Below are positions 8,282 through 19,105 of a stretch of 64,000 nucleotides of DNA, piece by piece. Origin of the DNA: Myxococcota bacterium (lineage in GTDB: Bacteria > Myxococcota_A > UBA796 > JAFGLY01); the NCBI GenBank assembly GCA_024276675.1, contig JAJRWT010000046.1, forward strand, positions 17,433-81,432, given 5' to 3'. The notes under the pieces were generated by a model that made no database searches, was not told where the DNA came from, and saw only the letters and a list, made by a program, of their open reading frames with translations. The position numbers and the translations under genes were made by a program. Position 1 is the stretch's first letter. Each line of letters begins with the position of its first letter.

Positions 8282-10303
8282 TCATGCGCCAGGCAGCTCC
8301 CCCGACAGCTCCAGCATCCATTCCTCCAGGGCCTTGATCCTGTCTCGCAGTTCAGCGGCGCGTTCAAAAGCAAGTTTTCCGGCGGCAGCCTTCATCTCCG
8401 CACGCAGCCGCCCTATGGTTTCAGGTATGCGGCTCAACTGCAGGTCCTCGGCATCCCTTGGGATTTCGCCGGCCTCGACGGGCACGGTGACGAAGTCGGC
8501 ATCCAGGATCTGGGCCAGTGAACTGTCGATGTTCTTTATAATGGACTCGGGTTCGACTCCGTGTTCCCGGTTGTAGGCAAACTGTTTGCGGCGCCGGCGC
8601 TCGGTTTCGTCCATGGCGGTCTGCATGGAGACCGTCACCCGGTCGGCATAGAGCAGGCAGCGTCCCCGCTGGTTTCTGGCGGCCCGTCCCATGGTCTGGA
8701 TCAGGCTGGACGTGCTTCGCAGGAAGCCCTCCTTGTCGGCATCCAGGATGGCCACCAGGGACACCTCGGGCAGGTCCAGACCTTCTCGCAGGAGGTTGAT
8801 ACCGATGAGTACGTCGAACCTGCCCATGCGCAGATCCCGCAGCAGCTCCATTCGTTCCAGGGTGTCGATGTCGCCGTGCAGGTAGCGGGCCTTGATTCCC
8901 AGGTCCTGGTAGTAGTCGGTGAGTTCCTGGGCGAAGCGCTTGGTGAGGACCGTCACCAGCACCCGTTCGTCTCGCTCCACCACCTGCCGTATCTCGTCCA
9001 GCAGGTCGTCCACCTGGATGCTGGCGGGACGGACCTCCAACTGGGGGTCCACCAGCCCCGTGGGTCTGATGAGCTGTTCCACCACCTGGTTGTTGGCGGC
9101 CTCCAGTTCCCAGTTCCCGGGAGTTGCCGAGATGCAGATGACTTTGTGAATGCTGTCCAGAAATTCCTGGAAGGTAAGCGGCCGGTTGTCCAGGGCGGAG
9201 GGAAGACGAAAACCATGGCGCACCAGGGTTTCCTTGCGGGAGCGATCCCCCCTGTACATACCAGCGACCTGGGGAATGGCGACATGTGATTCATCCACTA
9301 CCAGCAGGAACTCCTCGGGGAAGTACTCCAGCAGGGTGGTGGGGGGAGTGCCGGGCTCGCGAGCGTCCAGGTGCCGACTGTAGTTTTCGATTCCCTTGAA
9401 ATGGCCGATCTCCTCCAACATCTCCAGGTCGTAGGATGTGCGTTGCTCCAGTCGTTCCGCCTCCAGCAGATCCCCTGCCCGGCGTAGCTCACGGAGCCTG
9501 TCTTTCAGTTCCTCTCGAATCGAGTGGATTGCCGCCTGGATCTTCTCCCGTGGCGTGACATAGTGGGAGGCTGGATATATGGCGGTACGTTCCAGGCTCT
9601 CCAGCCTGGTGCCCCTGAGCGGGTCCACCACGGAGATTGCCTCCACTTCATCCCCCCAGAGTTCGATTCGTAGGGCACGTTCGGTTTCGTGGGAAGGGAA
9701 GACTTCGATGACATCGCCCCTCACGCGAAAGGTTCCACGAAAAAAATCGGCATCGTTGCGCTGGTACTGAATCTCCACCAGCTTGGCCAGGATGTCCCTG
9801 CGGAGTACGGTTTCGCCCACCTTGAGGCGCAACAGCATGTGATCGTAGGCCTCGCGGGAGCCGATGCCGTAAATGCAGCTCACGCTGGCGACGATGAGCA
9901 CGTCGTCCCGCTCCAGCAGGGCACGGGTGGCCGAGTGACGCAGCTTGTCGATACGGTCGTTGATGAGGGCGTCTTTTTCGATGTAGGTGTCGGAGGATGG
10001 TACATAGGCCTCGGGCTGGTAGTAGTCGTAGTAGGATACGAAATACTCCACCGCATTCTCCGGGAACAGCCGGCGAAACTCCCCGTAGAGCTGGGCGGCC
10101 AGGGTCTTGTTGTGGGCCAGGACCAGGGTGGGCAGACCAAGCTGCGCCACGACGTTGGCCACGGTGAAGGTCTTTCCGGTTCCCGTTGCCCCCAGGAGCA
10201 CCTGGAAGCGTTTGCCCTGGCGGAGACCGTCCAGAAGTTCCCGGATGGCGGTCGGTTGGTCCCCGCAGGGTCGGAATGGGGACGCCAGCTTGAATCGAGC
10301 CAT
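8282..10303 (-). CDS. uvrB: excinuclease ABC subunit B
   Basis: 673 aa. Walker [11 protein letters not shown], helicase motifs throughout, and a C-terminal UVR domain ([21 protein letters not shown]). Confidence 0.97.
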   Translation of the reverse strand: MARFKLASPFRPCGDQPTAIRELLDGLRQGKRFQVLLGATGTGKTFTVANVVAQLGLPTLVLAHNKTLAAQLYGEFRRLFPENAVEYFVSYYDYYQPEAYVPSSDTYIEKDALINDRIDKLRHSATRALLERDDVLIVASVSCIYGIGSREAYDHMLLRLKVGETVLRRDILAKLVEIQYQRNDADFFRGTFRVRGDVIEVFPSHETERALRIELWGDEVEAISVVDPLRGTRLESLERTAIYPASHYVTPREKIQAAIHSIREELKDRLRELRRAGDLLEAERLEQRTSYDLEMLEEIGHFKGIENYSRHLDAREPGTPPTTLLEYFPEEFLLVVDESHVAIPQVAGMYRGDRSRKETLVRHGFRLPSALDNRPLTFQEFLDSIHKVICISATPGNWELEAANNQVVEQLIRPTGLVDPQLEVRPASIQVDDLLDEIRQVVERDERVLVTVLTKRFAQELTDYYQDLGIKARYLHGDIDTLERMELLRDLRMGRFDVLIGINLLREGLDLPEVSLVAILDADKEGFLRSTSSLIQTMGRAARNQRGRCLLYADRVTVSMQTAMDETERRRRKQFAYNREHGVEPESIIKNIDSSLAQILDADFVTVPVEAGEIPRDAEDLQLSRIPETIGRLRAEMKAAAGKLAFERAAELRDRIKALEEWMLELSGELPGA

Positions 10304-10652
10304 TTGGTCCTCTTTATGACTGGGAATGCCGGGGCTCGGATGAAGAAATACCTTGACGGAGAAGGGAATGATGTCGCAGGGGGCAGGGAAGGGGAGCGAT
10401 GCCTCCCATGGGCCGGTTGTTGGCCTTCGGCTGGCGGGCTATCATATCTCGCGGCCTCTTGGGGCTTCGCGCAAGAATAACTCCGTGGTATCAAAGGTGC
10501 CGAGGCACCTGGCCTGGCAAGCTGCGGGGAGTCGGCAATACCTGTCGTATGCCGGCCCCCAACGACACTGCCGGGCGGGACACAGCGGTGCCAGAATATG
10601 GAAAGTTGTTCTTGTGTGACCACTTGCTCCGGCCCATCGTCCATCTCGGCGA

Positions 10653-11582
10653 ATGGAATTACCTGGCTGCACCGAGGGTTGCAAGCGCCAGCCCTGGCCT
10701 GGTTATCCTCTTGAACCAACAGGCATTCGAGCAACTCGATTGATCGACGAAATCCGAAAATTCTACCGTGCATCGGGTAGGCCCAGGCGGCTTGCAGCGC
10801 TGGGATTTGCCCTGCCGGCGGCCTCCACGGTCCTGCTGGCCTGGCTGGTATTCGCCTTCCCCTGGTCACCCCTGGCTCTGAACAAGGCGCAAAGCCAGCT
10901 CTCCGACGGCCAGACATCATCGGCCATGCACACCCTGGCCAGCATCTCCAGGCTCAACCCTTTCCCCTCCATCCGGGCCAGGGCTCTGTACCAGAGCGCC
11001 GTTGTTCGGACCACCCTCGTGGACGATCCCCAGGGAGCTGTGCAAGACCTGGACCATCTGCTGGACACTGTCTCGACAGCCACGGAACTCCGCACCGAAG
11101 CCCTGCTCCTGAAGGCCGCGCTGCTCAGGGATCACGCGGAACGCCATGGCGTCGCCGCCGGAATATTCGAAGCCCTCGCCCGCAGGCATCCGGGCGACCC
11201 ACGCCGTGCCGAATGGCTCATGTCCGCCGCCCTTTGTCGCGAAAACAACGGGCAGATCACCAGGGCTTTGCTGGACCGCGCCCTTGTGGCTGTTTCCCAA
11301 GACCCCCTGGCGGCCTCGGCCTATTTCGAGATGGGCCGAACATGGCTCTTGCAGGACCGCCCCGCCAAGGCCTATGATTGTTTTCAAAAAGCCATGAACG
11401 CAAATCCCAGCACCGGCATCAGGAACCTCACCCGCCGGGGTATGGCGGCGGCCCTGGAGCACCTGGGCTGGCAGGGGGTCGTAGTGGCCCAGTTGGACGA
11501 CTCCGAATCGGAGCAAGACGAATCCACCCGTCTTGCAAGGGATCGTCTGCTTCAACGATCCAGGTCGCATTCGGCCAGGTAG
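10653..11582 (+). CDS. TPR-like membrane-anchored protein (hypothetical)
   Basis: One N-terminal hydrophobic segment (LAALGFALPAASTVLLAWLVFAF) followed by helical Ala/Leu-rich repeats (e.g. AYDCFQKAMNANP). The start is uncertain. Confidence 0.5.
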   Translation: MELPGCTEGCKRQPWPGYPLEPTGIRATRLIDEIRKFYRASGRPRRLAALGFALPAASTVLLAWLVFAFPWSPLALNKAQSQLSDGQTSSAMHTLASISRLNPFPSIRARALYQSAVVRTTLVDDPQGAVQDLDHLLDTVSTATELRTEALLLKAALLRDHAERHGVAAGIFEALARRHPGDPRRAEWLMSAALCRENNGQITRALLDRALVAVSQDPLAASAYFEMGRTWLLQDRPAKAYDCFQKAMNANPSTGIRNLTRRGMAAALEHLGWQGVVVAQLDDSESEQDESTRLARDRLLQRSRSHSAR

Positions 11583-11605
11583 ACATGTTCGAGGACAAGC
11601 CCACG

Positions 11606-12232
11606 ATGGAACCGAAGCTCCTCTCAACGGGCTTCGCAGGTGGGATCAGTTTCTTGTTCCTGGCCGGCTGTCTCTCTCCGGGGGGCATCGACTCGCCCGA
11701 CACCGCGGGGGAGGGCAGCCAGCGATCCGACACTGCGGAACTGCTGGACACGGCAACCGATCCCTTGTGGGATCTGGATCCCTCCACCCTGCCCCAGGGT
11801 GCCACGCCCTGCCGCGACCCCGTGCTGGTCCAGGTCACCACCGTGGTTGACGGAGACACGGTGTGGGTGGTTCCCTATGACCTGAAGTCATCTGAAAAGG
11901 TACGTTTCATAGGAGTCGACACCCCCGAGGAATCCACCGACGACTGCTACTCCGACGAAGCCACATTCCACACCGGCCAGCGCCTGCTGGGGCAGTGGGC
12001 ATGGCTCACCTTCGACGCCGATTGCCTGGACTACTACGACCGCACCCTGGCCTATGTCCACACCGGAAACAGCGTGAGTACAGATTTCTTCAACCGGGAT
12101 CTCCTCCTGGAAGGCTACGCCAGAGTGCTCACGGTGGAGCCAAATTCTTCTTTTGCCTCGCTTTTTACCCAGGACGAAGACGAAGCCAGGGCCGCGATGG
12201 TGGGCGGATGGCAGTATTGCGGGTGGAATTGA
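11606..12232 (+). CDS. thermonuclease (SNase) family lipoprotein
   Basis: MEPKLLSTGFAGGISFLFLAGC is a signal peptide plus lipobox. SNase motifs VVDGDTVWV, RFIGVDTPE and YDRTLAYV are present. An alternative ATG lies at 11585. The track start at 11378 overlaps the upstream gene. Confidence 0.8.
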   Translation: MEPKLLSTGFAGGISFLFLAGCLSPGGIDSPDTAGEGSQRSDTAELLDTATDPLWDLDPSTLPQGATPCRDPVLVQVTTVVDGDTVWVVPYDLKSSEKVRFIGVDTPEESTDDCYSDEATFHTGQRLLGQWAWLTFDADCLDYYDRTLAYVHTGNSVSTDFFNRDLLLEGYARVLTVEPNSSFASLFTQDEDEARAAMVGGWQYCGWN

Positions 12233-12405
12233 GGAGAACCCCATAAGTCTAGTGTTTGAAAAAGTTGGCCCCCAGGTGCGTTGAGCAACAAAAAATCCTG
12301 GGGGGTAATCGTTTTTCCAGGCTATTCAAGATGCACTGAGGCAATCTTGAACTCTATGTCGCCCCCTGGAGTCTCCGCTCCCGGGGCGTAACCCCGGGGT
12401 TGGCG

Positions 12406-14922
12406 ATGACCCGTTTCTCGGCATTTCTGTTTTCGACGCTTGCCGCTGTTGCTTTTGCCTTCAGAGCCCAGGCGCAGGTACCGGCTGCCATGGAAAACAA
12501 CCTGTCAGACCTGGACCTCGTGCCGGTGATGGACTTTCCGGCTCCCGACACAGGCGCTCTCCTGGCCGAAGATGAAGACCGCGAAGCCCAGGGCTTGGCA
12601 CCGCGTTTTGCCGTACCCAACGCCACGTTCATCACTCCCGACACCCACGGAAGATGGCAGGATCTGGGCGACGGCACGCTAATGTGGAGGCTGCGCATCT
12701 CGTCTCCCGGGGTTGAAAGCATCAACCTCGGGTTCACCTCTTATTATATGCCCCGTGGCGGTAGCCTGTGGCTCTACAGCTCCGACCTGAAAGACATCCT
12801 TCCCAGGCCCTTCGGCCCTGAAGAAAACCAACCCCATGGCGAACTCTGGACCCCTGTAATCCAGAGCGACGACATCGTGGTAGAGGTCACTCTACCGGAG
12901 CAGGACGTATCCCGACTGCGCCTGGAACTTACAGCGGTCAACCTGGGCTACCGGGGCTTCGGCGCGGCTGGCGACAAGCAGGGCGCATGCAACGTGGACG
13001 TGGTCTGCCCTGAAGGCGACGACTGGCGCGACGAGATCGCCTCCGTGGCGGTCTACTCCACGGGCGGCTACCTGTTCTGCACCGGCTTCATGGTGAACAA
13101 CACCGCCCAGGACGGAACCCCCTACTTCCAGACCGCCTACCACTGCGGGATCCGGGCGGGAAACGCCAGCTCCCTGGTGGTGTACTGGAACTATGAAAGC
13201 CCCACCTGCGGAGCGCTCTCCGGGGGTTCGCTTACCGACTACCAGACCGGGGCAACCTACCTGGCGGGTTACTCCAGCTCCGATTTCACCTTGGTGGAGC
13301 TGGATGACCTGCCCGACTCTTCCTGGAATGTCTCCTACGCGGGATGGGACAACTCGGGAACCGATGCCACGTCGGCGGTGGGTATCCACCACCCCGACAC
13401 CGACGAAAAGGCCATCAGTTTCGAATACGACCCCACCACTACCACTTCCTACTTCGGCAACAATTCGCCCGGGGATGCCAGCCATGTGCGCATAGAAGAC
13501 TGGGACGAAGGCACGACCGAGAGCGGTTCTTCGGGGTCGCCCTTGTTCAACCAGGATCACAGGGTCATAGGCCAGCTTCACGGCGGATACGCCTCGTGCA
13601 GCAACGATCTATCCGACTGGTACGGCAACTTCTCCGCCTCCTGGGATGGGGGCGGCTCCAGCAGCAGCCGCCTGCGCGATTGGCTGGACCCAACGGGTTC
13701 GGGGGTCAGCCACCTGGACACCTACTCCCCCTGGAACAGCGGCGGCATCGACGTCAGTCCCGACTCCGACATGGAAAGCGAAGGCCCGGTGGGTGGGCCC
13801 TTCTCTCCCGACAGCGTCACCTACTTCGTGGAAAACACCGATTCCAGTTCCCTGGACCTGGAAGTGACCACAAACCGCTCCTGGCTGGAAGTCGACCGCA
13901 GCTCTACGACCATCTCCGCAGGTTCCACGGTGGCGGTCACGGTGTCACTTGCCGCGGAAGCCCTCTCTCTTGGTGCCGGCAGCTATTCCGGCACCGTGTA
14001 TTTCAACAACCTGAGCACCGGCGAGGGCGACGCTACGCGCACGGTGTCCTTGACGGTTGGCAGCGACGAGCTGATCTACGAGTGGGATCTGGACACGGAT
14101 CCCGGCTGGTCCACCCAGGGTGACTGGGCCTGGGGCGTTCCCCAGGGGCAGTCCGGCACCCGCGGGGCTCCCGACCCTACCTCCGGTTACACCGGCTCCA
14201 AGGTGTACGGCTACAACCTGTCAGGTGGCTACTCCTCCGACATGGAAGAAAAGCACCTCATCTCCGAGGCCTTCGATTGTTCGGACCTGAGCGGGGTCAC
14301 CCTGGGTTTCTGGCGCTGGCTGGGCGTGGAAACCTCCAAGTACGACCATGCATCCATAAGTGTCAGCCGGGATCGCTCCAACTGGACCACCGTCTGGGAA
14401 AACAGCGACACCCTGGACGACGGAGAATGGACTTGGCAGGAGTACGACATCTCCTCCGTGGCCGATGGTGAGCCCACGGTATTTCTCCGCTGGACCATGG
14501 GCAGCACCGACAGGAGTGTCGAGTACTGCGGCTGGAACATCGACGACATCCAGATATGGGCCGTGGAGTCCTGTGGCGATGCCGACTCCGACAGCTACCA
14601 GGACGCCACCTGCGGCGGAGATGACTGCGATGACTCGCAGCCCAGCGTCAATCCCGGAGCTCAAGAGCGTTGCAGCGACGGCACCGACAACGACTGCGAC
14701 GGTCTGATCGACGCCCAGGATCCCGACTGCTCCGACACCGGCAATCCCGGCGGCCCCGGAGACACAGGCAGCTACGGCGCTCCGGGAACCCTGGACACCG
14801 GCTCCAGCAAGGGCAGCACCAACTGCCAGGGCTGCAACCCCGTGTCCGGCGGACCAGCCGGAGGTCTCCTGGCCCTACTGATTGGCGCATGGTTGGCCAT
14901 GCGGCGCAGAGCGGTGGCCTGA
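12406..14922 (+). CDS. secreted trypsin-like (S1, lysyl-endopeptidase-like) serine protease with MYXO-CTERM-type anchor
   Basis: Signal peptide MTRFSAFLFSTLAAVAFAFRAQA. Catalytic-triad context TAYHCG / DFTLVELDD / GSSGSPLF. A beta-sandwich-like middle domain, one MopE-like motif (DCDDSQPSVNPGAQERCSDGTDNDCDG), and the C-terminus GCNPVSGGPAGGLLALLIGAWLAMRRR. Confidence 0.8.
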   Translation: MTRFSAFLFSTLAAVAFAFRAQAQVPAAMENNLSDLDLVPVMDFPAPDTGALLAEDEDREAQGLAPRFAVPNATFITPDTHGRWQDLGDGTLMWRLRISSPGVESINLGFTSYYMPRGGSLWLYSSDLKDILPRPFGPEENQPHGELWTPVIQSDDIVVEVTLPEQDVSRLRLELTAVNLGYRGFGAAGDKQGACNVDVVCPEGDDWRDEIASVAVYSTGGYLFCTGFMVNNTAQDGTPYFQTAYHCGIRAGNASSLVVYWNYESPTCGALSGGSLTDYQTGATYLAGYSSSDFTLVELDDLPDSSWNVSYAGWDNSGTDATSAVGIHHPDTDEKAISFEYDPTTTTSYFGNNSPGDASHVRIEDWDEGTTESGSSGSPLFNQDHRVIGQLHGGYASCSNDLSDWYGNFSASWDGGGSSSSRLRDWLDPTGSGVSHLDTYSPWNSGGIDVSPDSDMESEGPVGGPFSPDSVTYFVENTDSSSLDLEVTTNRSWLEVDRSSTTISAGSTVAVTVSLAAEALSLGAGSYSGTVYFNNLSTGEGDATRTVSLTVGSDELIYEWDLDTDPGWSTQGDWAWGVPQGQSGTRGAPDPTSGYTGSKVYGYNLSGGYSSDMEEKHLISEAFDCSDLSGVTLGFWRWLGVETSKYDHASISVSRDRSNWTTVWENSDTLDDGEWTWQEYDISSVADGEPTVFLRWTMGSTDRSVEYCGWNIDDIQIWAVESCGDADSDSYQDATCGGDDCDDSQPSVNPGAQERCSDGTDNDCDGLIDAQDPDCSDTGNPGGPGDTGSYGAPGTLDTGSSKGSTNCQGCNPVSGGPAGGLLALLIGAWLAMRRRAVA

Positions 14923-15120
14923 ACGACAGTTCGGGTCTGCGGCTGTGGGCCTGCCCTCGTCATACACCTGGGGGGCGCCAAGCGTTTGCACCGCAATGGC
15001 AGGAGGTGGAGAGGCCGAAACCGGGTGGGCCCCCTGGATGGGCTCCGGGATCCGAACTCCTCTCGGATAGATTGATATCTGGCCCCCTTGATCTCTCCAT
15101 GACGGAAAGGAAGGCAGCCC

Positions 15121-17595
15121 ATGGGTGAAATCACAGAAAGGGATACCCAGCACGAGCAACATCTTTGTACAACCGAGTCTTTGCTGGCGGGACTCAGGGT
15201 GCTGGAACTGGGGGGAGACCTGGGCACCGCCGTGGCGGGCATGATGCTGGCGGACCAGGGGGCCCAGGTCATACACCTGGCCCAAGAAGGGGAACTCCCG
15301 CCCGATCCCGTGCTGGACGCCATTTTGGCCCGAGGAAAGATTCATGTCTGGCTCCCCGGGTCGGGTGGCGACGATACCCTGGAATCCATGCTGGCTCTGG
15401 CCGACGTGGTGATAACGGGGCCGTCTCGGCGCAGGCATTCGTCAGTTGAGCAGAGGCCGTTCCACCACCTCCGCTCGGGCAGCAACCCGGGACTGGTGAG
15501 TTGCAGCATCCACTCCTTCCCTCCGCAGGATCCCCGTGGCCAACTTCCACCGCACGAAGCCCTGGCGGGCATCGCCGGTTTCCTGTACGACAAGCCGCTG
15601 GGCCCGCCCCTCTACCACGATTTTCCCATGGGCTCGGTCATGGCGGGTCTCTTCGCAGCCAATGGTATCGTGGCGGCCCTCATCGCCCGGCAGCGCTGCG
15701 GACGGGGCCAGCACGTGGAAACCTCGCTGTTGGGCTCCAACCTCTTTGCCCAGATCCTGCAGATACTCATAAAGACCGGTATGCCCAGGGGGTTTCTGCC
15801 GCTCAAGATGGTGGGCACGCCCTTTGTCAGTCTGTGGGAGTGCAGCGATGGCCGCTTCGTCTACCTGCACGTCACGCTGCCAGCACACAACAAGCAGATC
15901 ATGGACATGCTGGATGAGTTGGGCCACCGCGATGACGTGGCCCGACTGCGCAAGCTGCTCTCGCCTGCCACCATTCGGGATCCAAGCCAGGTGCAGAGTG
16001 TGCCCGAGGCCCGGCGAATCCGTGCCATCTACACGCGCATCTTCAAGTCCCGAACCGCCGACGAATGGGAGAAACTGCTGGGCGACGCCCTCTGCTGCAT
16101 CAAGGTGCGCCGGGTTGAGGAATGGCTGAAGGACAGCATTGCCGCGGGCATGACCGACGCCGTTACGCTGTCCGACCCTGTACTGGGCGACATCCTGGCT
16201 CCGGGCCGGGCCGTGGACTTTCAGGGCCTACGGGCTTCGACACCGGCCAGGCACCTGGGCGATGCGACCCGCGTGCTCGCAGCCTGGACCCGAGAGCCAT
16301 CTCCCATGGCAGCTCCACCCGCTTCCGACGCGGAGCAGGCAGGGCTCGAGCACCCTCTCCAGGGTGTCCGTGTACTGGACCTGACCAGGGTGATAGCCGG
16401 CCCCTGCGCCGCCAGGGTGTTGGCGGAGCTTGGGGCCGAGGTGCTTTCCATACAGAGCCTTGGCAACCTGGACTGGGCACTGTCCTTCCACCTGGTGTTC
16501 AATGCCGGCAAGAAATCCGTCACCCTGGACTTCACCGACGACGAAGGCAAGAAGAAGCTCTGGGCCATCATGGACACCTTCAAGCCCGATGTCTTCCTTC
16601 AGAACTACCGCAACATGGAGCTGGCCCGCACCATCGGCGTGGGCCCGGAGGCCGTGCATGGCCGTTTCCCCAACGTCGTCTACACGCACCTGAACGCCTA
16701 CGGCGACCATGGTGCCTGGGCACGTCGTCCCGGCTTCGAGCAGGTGGTACAGGCCGTTTCCGGTATCCAGGTGAGCTACGCCAGGGGCGGTCGGCCCAAG
16801 CTCCTCCCCACCCCTGTCATCGACATCGGCTCGGGGCTCATGGGTTCCTTCGCGACCCTGGTGGGACTGCTGGGCCGCTTCCGGGGCCATGGGGGCGTCG
16901 TGGCCCACACCCACCTGACCTCCATGGCGCTCCTGCTCCAGCTTCCCCACATCGCCCGTTTCCAGTGGGACGCCGTGCTGGGCGAGAACGGCCCTGACCA
17001 GAGCCGCCCGGCACTGGACGAGGAACGGCTTGTCATTGGAGGAATCCTGAGGGCAAGGGACGGCCGCTTCGCCATCGCCGGCCCCCGGGCCGGCATCCGC
17101 AGATGGCTCGAAAAGCACCACCTGGTAAGGGGACGACTGCCCGGGAATCCATGGGAACCGTTTCTCGATTCCCTGGACATTCAGCAACACAGGATCAGGC
17201 TTCACAGCATCGCCTACTGGGAGCGAAGCCTCGATGACGCGGGCGTCTCCGGCCAAGTGGCCATCCTGCGCTGGCCCAGGATGCGAAGGCTGGTGGACGA
17301 GATCTCCAGGTTGAGTCCCTCTCCGGTTCCACTGGTCCGGAAGCGCAGCTATCCCGGCTGCCCCGGCGAGATGTCTTTCGTGGCCAACCCGCTCCACCTC
17401 TCCCTGACCCCACTGGTGGACGTCCCTCCTCCGCCCCAACGAGGAGCCCACACGGCGGAGGTTCTTCGGCTGGCGGGGGAAGAAACTCCCGAAGATGCGG
17501 GCCTCATCGCGTACCCGGCCAGCAAGCCGCTGCACACCTGGCTCCTGGAGCTGGTCCGCTGGGGATACTTCGCCTGGCGCTCCGGGACCATATGA
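15121..17595 (+). CDS. tandem family III CoA-transferase (CaiB/BaiF-type), two fused modules
   Basis: The family III N-terminal motif occurs twice: LAGLRVLELGGDLGTAVAGMMLADQGAQVIHL near the N-terminus and LQGVRVLDLTRVIAGPCAARVLAELGAEVLSIQS near residue 410. Confidence 0.75.
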   Translation: MGEITERDTQHEQHLCTTESLLAGLRVLELGGDLGTAVAGMMLADQGAQVIHLAQEGELPPDPVLDAILARGKIHVWLPGSGGDDTLESMLALADVVITGPSRRRHSSVEQRPFHHLRSGSNPGLVSCSIHSFPPQDPRGQLPPHEALAGIAGFLYDKPLGPPLYHDFPMGSVMAGLFAANGIVAALIARQRCGRGQHVETSLLGSNLFAQILQILIKTGMPRGFLPLKMVGTPFVSLWECSDGRFVYLHVTLPAHNKQIMDMLDELGHRDDVARLRKLLSPATIRDPSQVQSVPEARRIRAIYTRIFKSRTADEWEKLLGDALCCIKVRRVEEWLKDSIAAGMTDAVTLSDPVLGDILAPGRAVDFQGLRASTPARHLGDATRVLAAWTREPSPMAAPPASDAEQAGLEHPLQGVRVLDLTRVIAGPCAARVLAELGAEVLSIQSLGNLDWALSFHLVFNAGKKSVTLDFTDDEGKKKLWAIMDTFKPDVFLQNYRNMELARTIGVGPEAVHGRFPNVVYTHLNAYGDHGAWARRPGFEQVVQAVSGIQVSYARGGRPKLLPTPVIDIGSGLMGSFATLVGLLGRFRGHGGVVAHTHLTSMALLLQLPHIARFQWDAVLGENGPDQSRPALDEERLVIGGILRARDGRFAIAGPRAGIRRWLEKHHLVRGRLPGNPWEPFLDSLDIQQHRIRLHSIAYWERSLDDAGVSGQVAILRWPRMRRLVDEISRLSPSPVPLVRKRSYPGCPGEMSFVANPLHLSLTPLVDVPPPPQRGAHTAEVLRLAGEETPEDAGLIAYPASKPLHTWLLELVRWGYFAWRSGTI

Positions 17596-17647
17596 GTCCC
17601 TCCCACGAAGTCCTTCCAGGCCTCCCAACCCAAACCCCGAGAAAACC

Positions 17648-18907
17648 TTGTTCCACCCACGATTTCATCTGCTGGCGACCCTGGCGGCTCTTCCTTTGTT
17701 ACTGACGGCATGTGGTGGCTCCGGAACCGACGGCTCCGAATCGGGATCGCCCGCCGTACCGGCCCCCCAGCGCGAAGAAGAGCCCTCCCCCTGGAGCGCG
17801 GCCGGCACCTGGGACCAGGCCGCCTTCGCCTGGGGGCTGCAAACTGGCGATGCCACGGAGTCCGGCGTCATCCTGTCACTGCGCAGCACCGAGTCCACTC
17901 TGTCTCTCGCCCTGGTGAAAGCCGAAGGCGAAGAATGGGTATCGGTGGATCCCGGCGTGCAGGTCACCATGTCTCCGGGCCAGTCGATAGAGGAGCCCAC
18001 GGAATGGGTGACCCGCGTGGAGCTTGAGAACCTGGAGCCCGACACGGCATATTCCTGTGCCTTCTACGCCCAGGACGGCAAGAGGCGAAGCCCGGTGGCA
18101 CGCTTTCGCACGGCCCTGGACGACGATGGCTGGCGAGTACTGACTTTTGGTGGCGCCCACGGTTTCGGAGGCAACTACCCCTGGCCCAGCTTGAGCCACG
18201 CCGCCGACCAGGATCTGGATTTCTTCATGCTGCTGGGCGACACCGTCTACGCCGATGGTTCACTGACACTGGACGACTACCGCCAGTTCTGGCGCACGGC
18301 CCTGTCCACCCAGGGTTTGATGGACATGAGCGCCAGCACCAGCCTGGTGGCCACCTGGGATGATCACGAGGTGGCCAACAACTGGACCCAGGACGATCTC
18401 CAGCCCGGGCAGTTCGACGCGGCACTCGAGGCATATCGCGAAGCCCTGCCACAGCGGGAAGGGCCCGGCGGAACGGGTATTTGGCGCATCCTGCACTGGG
18501 GGAAGGTGGCCGACGTGTTCGTGCTTGACTGTCGTGGCGAAAGAACCGCCACCGATTACCTGTCCCAGGAGCAGATGGACTGGCTGAAGGACTCGTTGCT
18601 TCAAAGCGATGCGCGATTCAAGTTCATCATGAGCAGCGTTCCCATCACCGACTATGATCGGTACTACGGCGACTTGCTGGCCGAGGATCGCTGGCAGGGC
18701 TACCCGGAGCAACGGGACGAGATCCTCTCTTTCGTGGCCGACAACTCAATTCCCGGCGTGCTGTGGACAACCGGAGATTTCCACTCCTCCATCATCAGCT
18801 ACGTGGACATGCCCGGCGAGGGCCCCGGTGGTGACCAGCTCGAGGTCATGGTGGGCCCCGTGGGCAGTACCCTTGGCCCGGCACCCTACATGATCGACAT
18901 CGACTAG
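17648..18907 (+). CDS. phoD: PhoD-like alkaline phosphatase/phosphodiesterase lipoprotein (ends at an apparently premature TAG)
   Basis: A TTG start at 17648 gives MFHPRFHLLATLAALPLLLTACGG, a lipobox signal. PhoD motifs GDTVYAD, TWDDHEVANNW and TTGDFHSS are present. The frame stays protein-like for 42 more codons after TAG 18905-18907. The track start at 17495 overlaps the upstream gene. Confidence 0.75.
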   Translation: MFHPRFHLLATLAALPLLLTACGGSGTDGSESGSPAVPAPQREEEPSPWSAAGTWDQAAFAWGLQTGDATESGVILSLRSTESTLSLALVKAEGEEWVSVDPGVQVTMSPGQSIEEPTEWVTRVELENLEPDTAYSCAFYAQDGKRRSPVARFRTALDDDGWRVLTFGGAHGFGGNYPWPSLSHAADQDLDFFMLLGDTVYADGSLTLDDYRQFWRTALSTQGLMDMSASTSLVATWDDHEVANNWTQDDLQPGQFDAALEAYREALPQREGPGGTGIWRILHWGKVADVFVLDCRGERTATDYLSQEQMDWLKDSLLQSDARFKFIMSSVPITDYDRYYGDLLAEDRWQGYPEQRDEILSFVADNSIPGVLWTTGDFHSSIISYVDMPGEGPGGDQLEVMVGPVGSTLGPAPYMIDID

Positions 18908-19105
18908 CAGTTCCTCGTAGTGTTCAACGCCTGGTGCTACACCCGCTTCGAAGCGGACCCGGGAACCGGCACGGTGCTGGTGCAGTTCATGGGCGACGAC
19001 GGCGAGCTGATCCAGGAGATGACACTGAATATCTGACCGCGCTCACTGCTACCCGGCCTGGCGTGATATCGGTTCACACCAAGGGAAGAAACGGCGCCAG
19101 TCCCC

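Noticed and set aside
10304-10420. Search for an SOS/LexA box upstream of uvrB
   Set aside because: I saw no CTGT-N8-ACAG, no GGTT-N10-ACC-type palindrome and no myxobacterial-type box. Nothing supportable was found.
16228-17628. 466-aa minus ORF inside the CoA-transferase gene
   Set aside because: It is an antisense shadow. The plus frame carries two clear family III CoA-transferase motifs.
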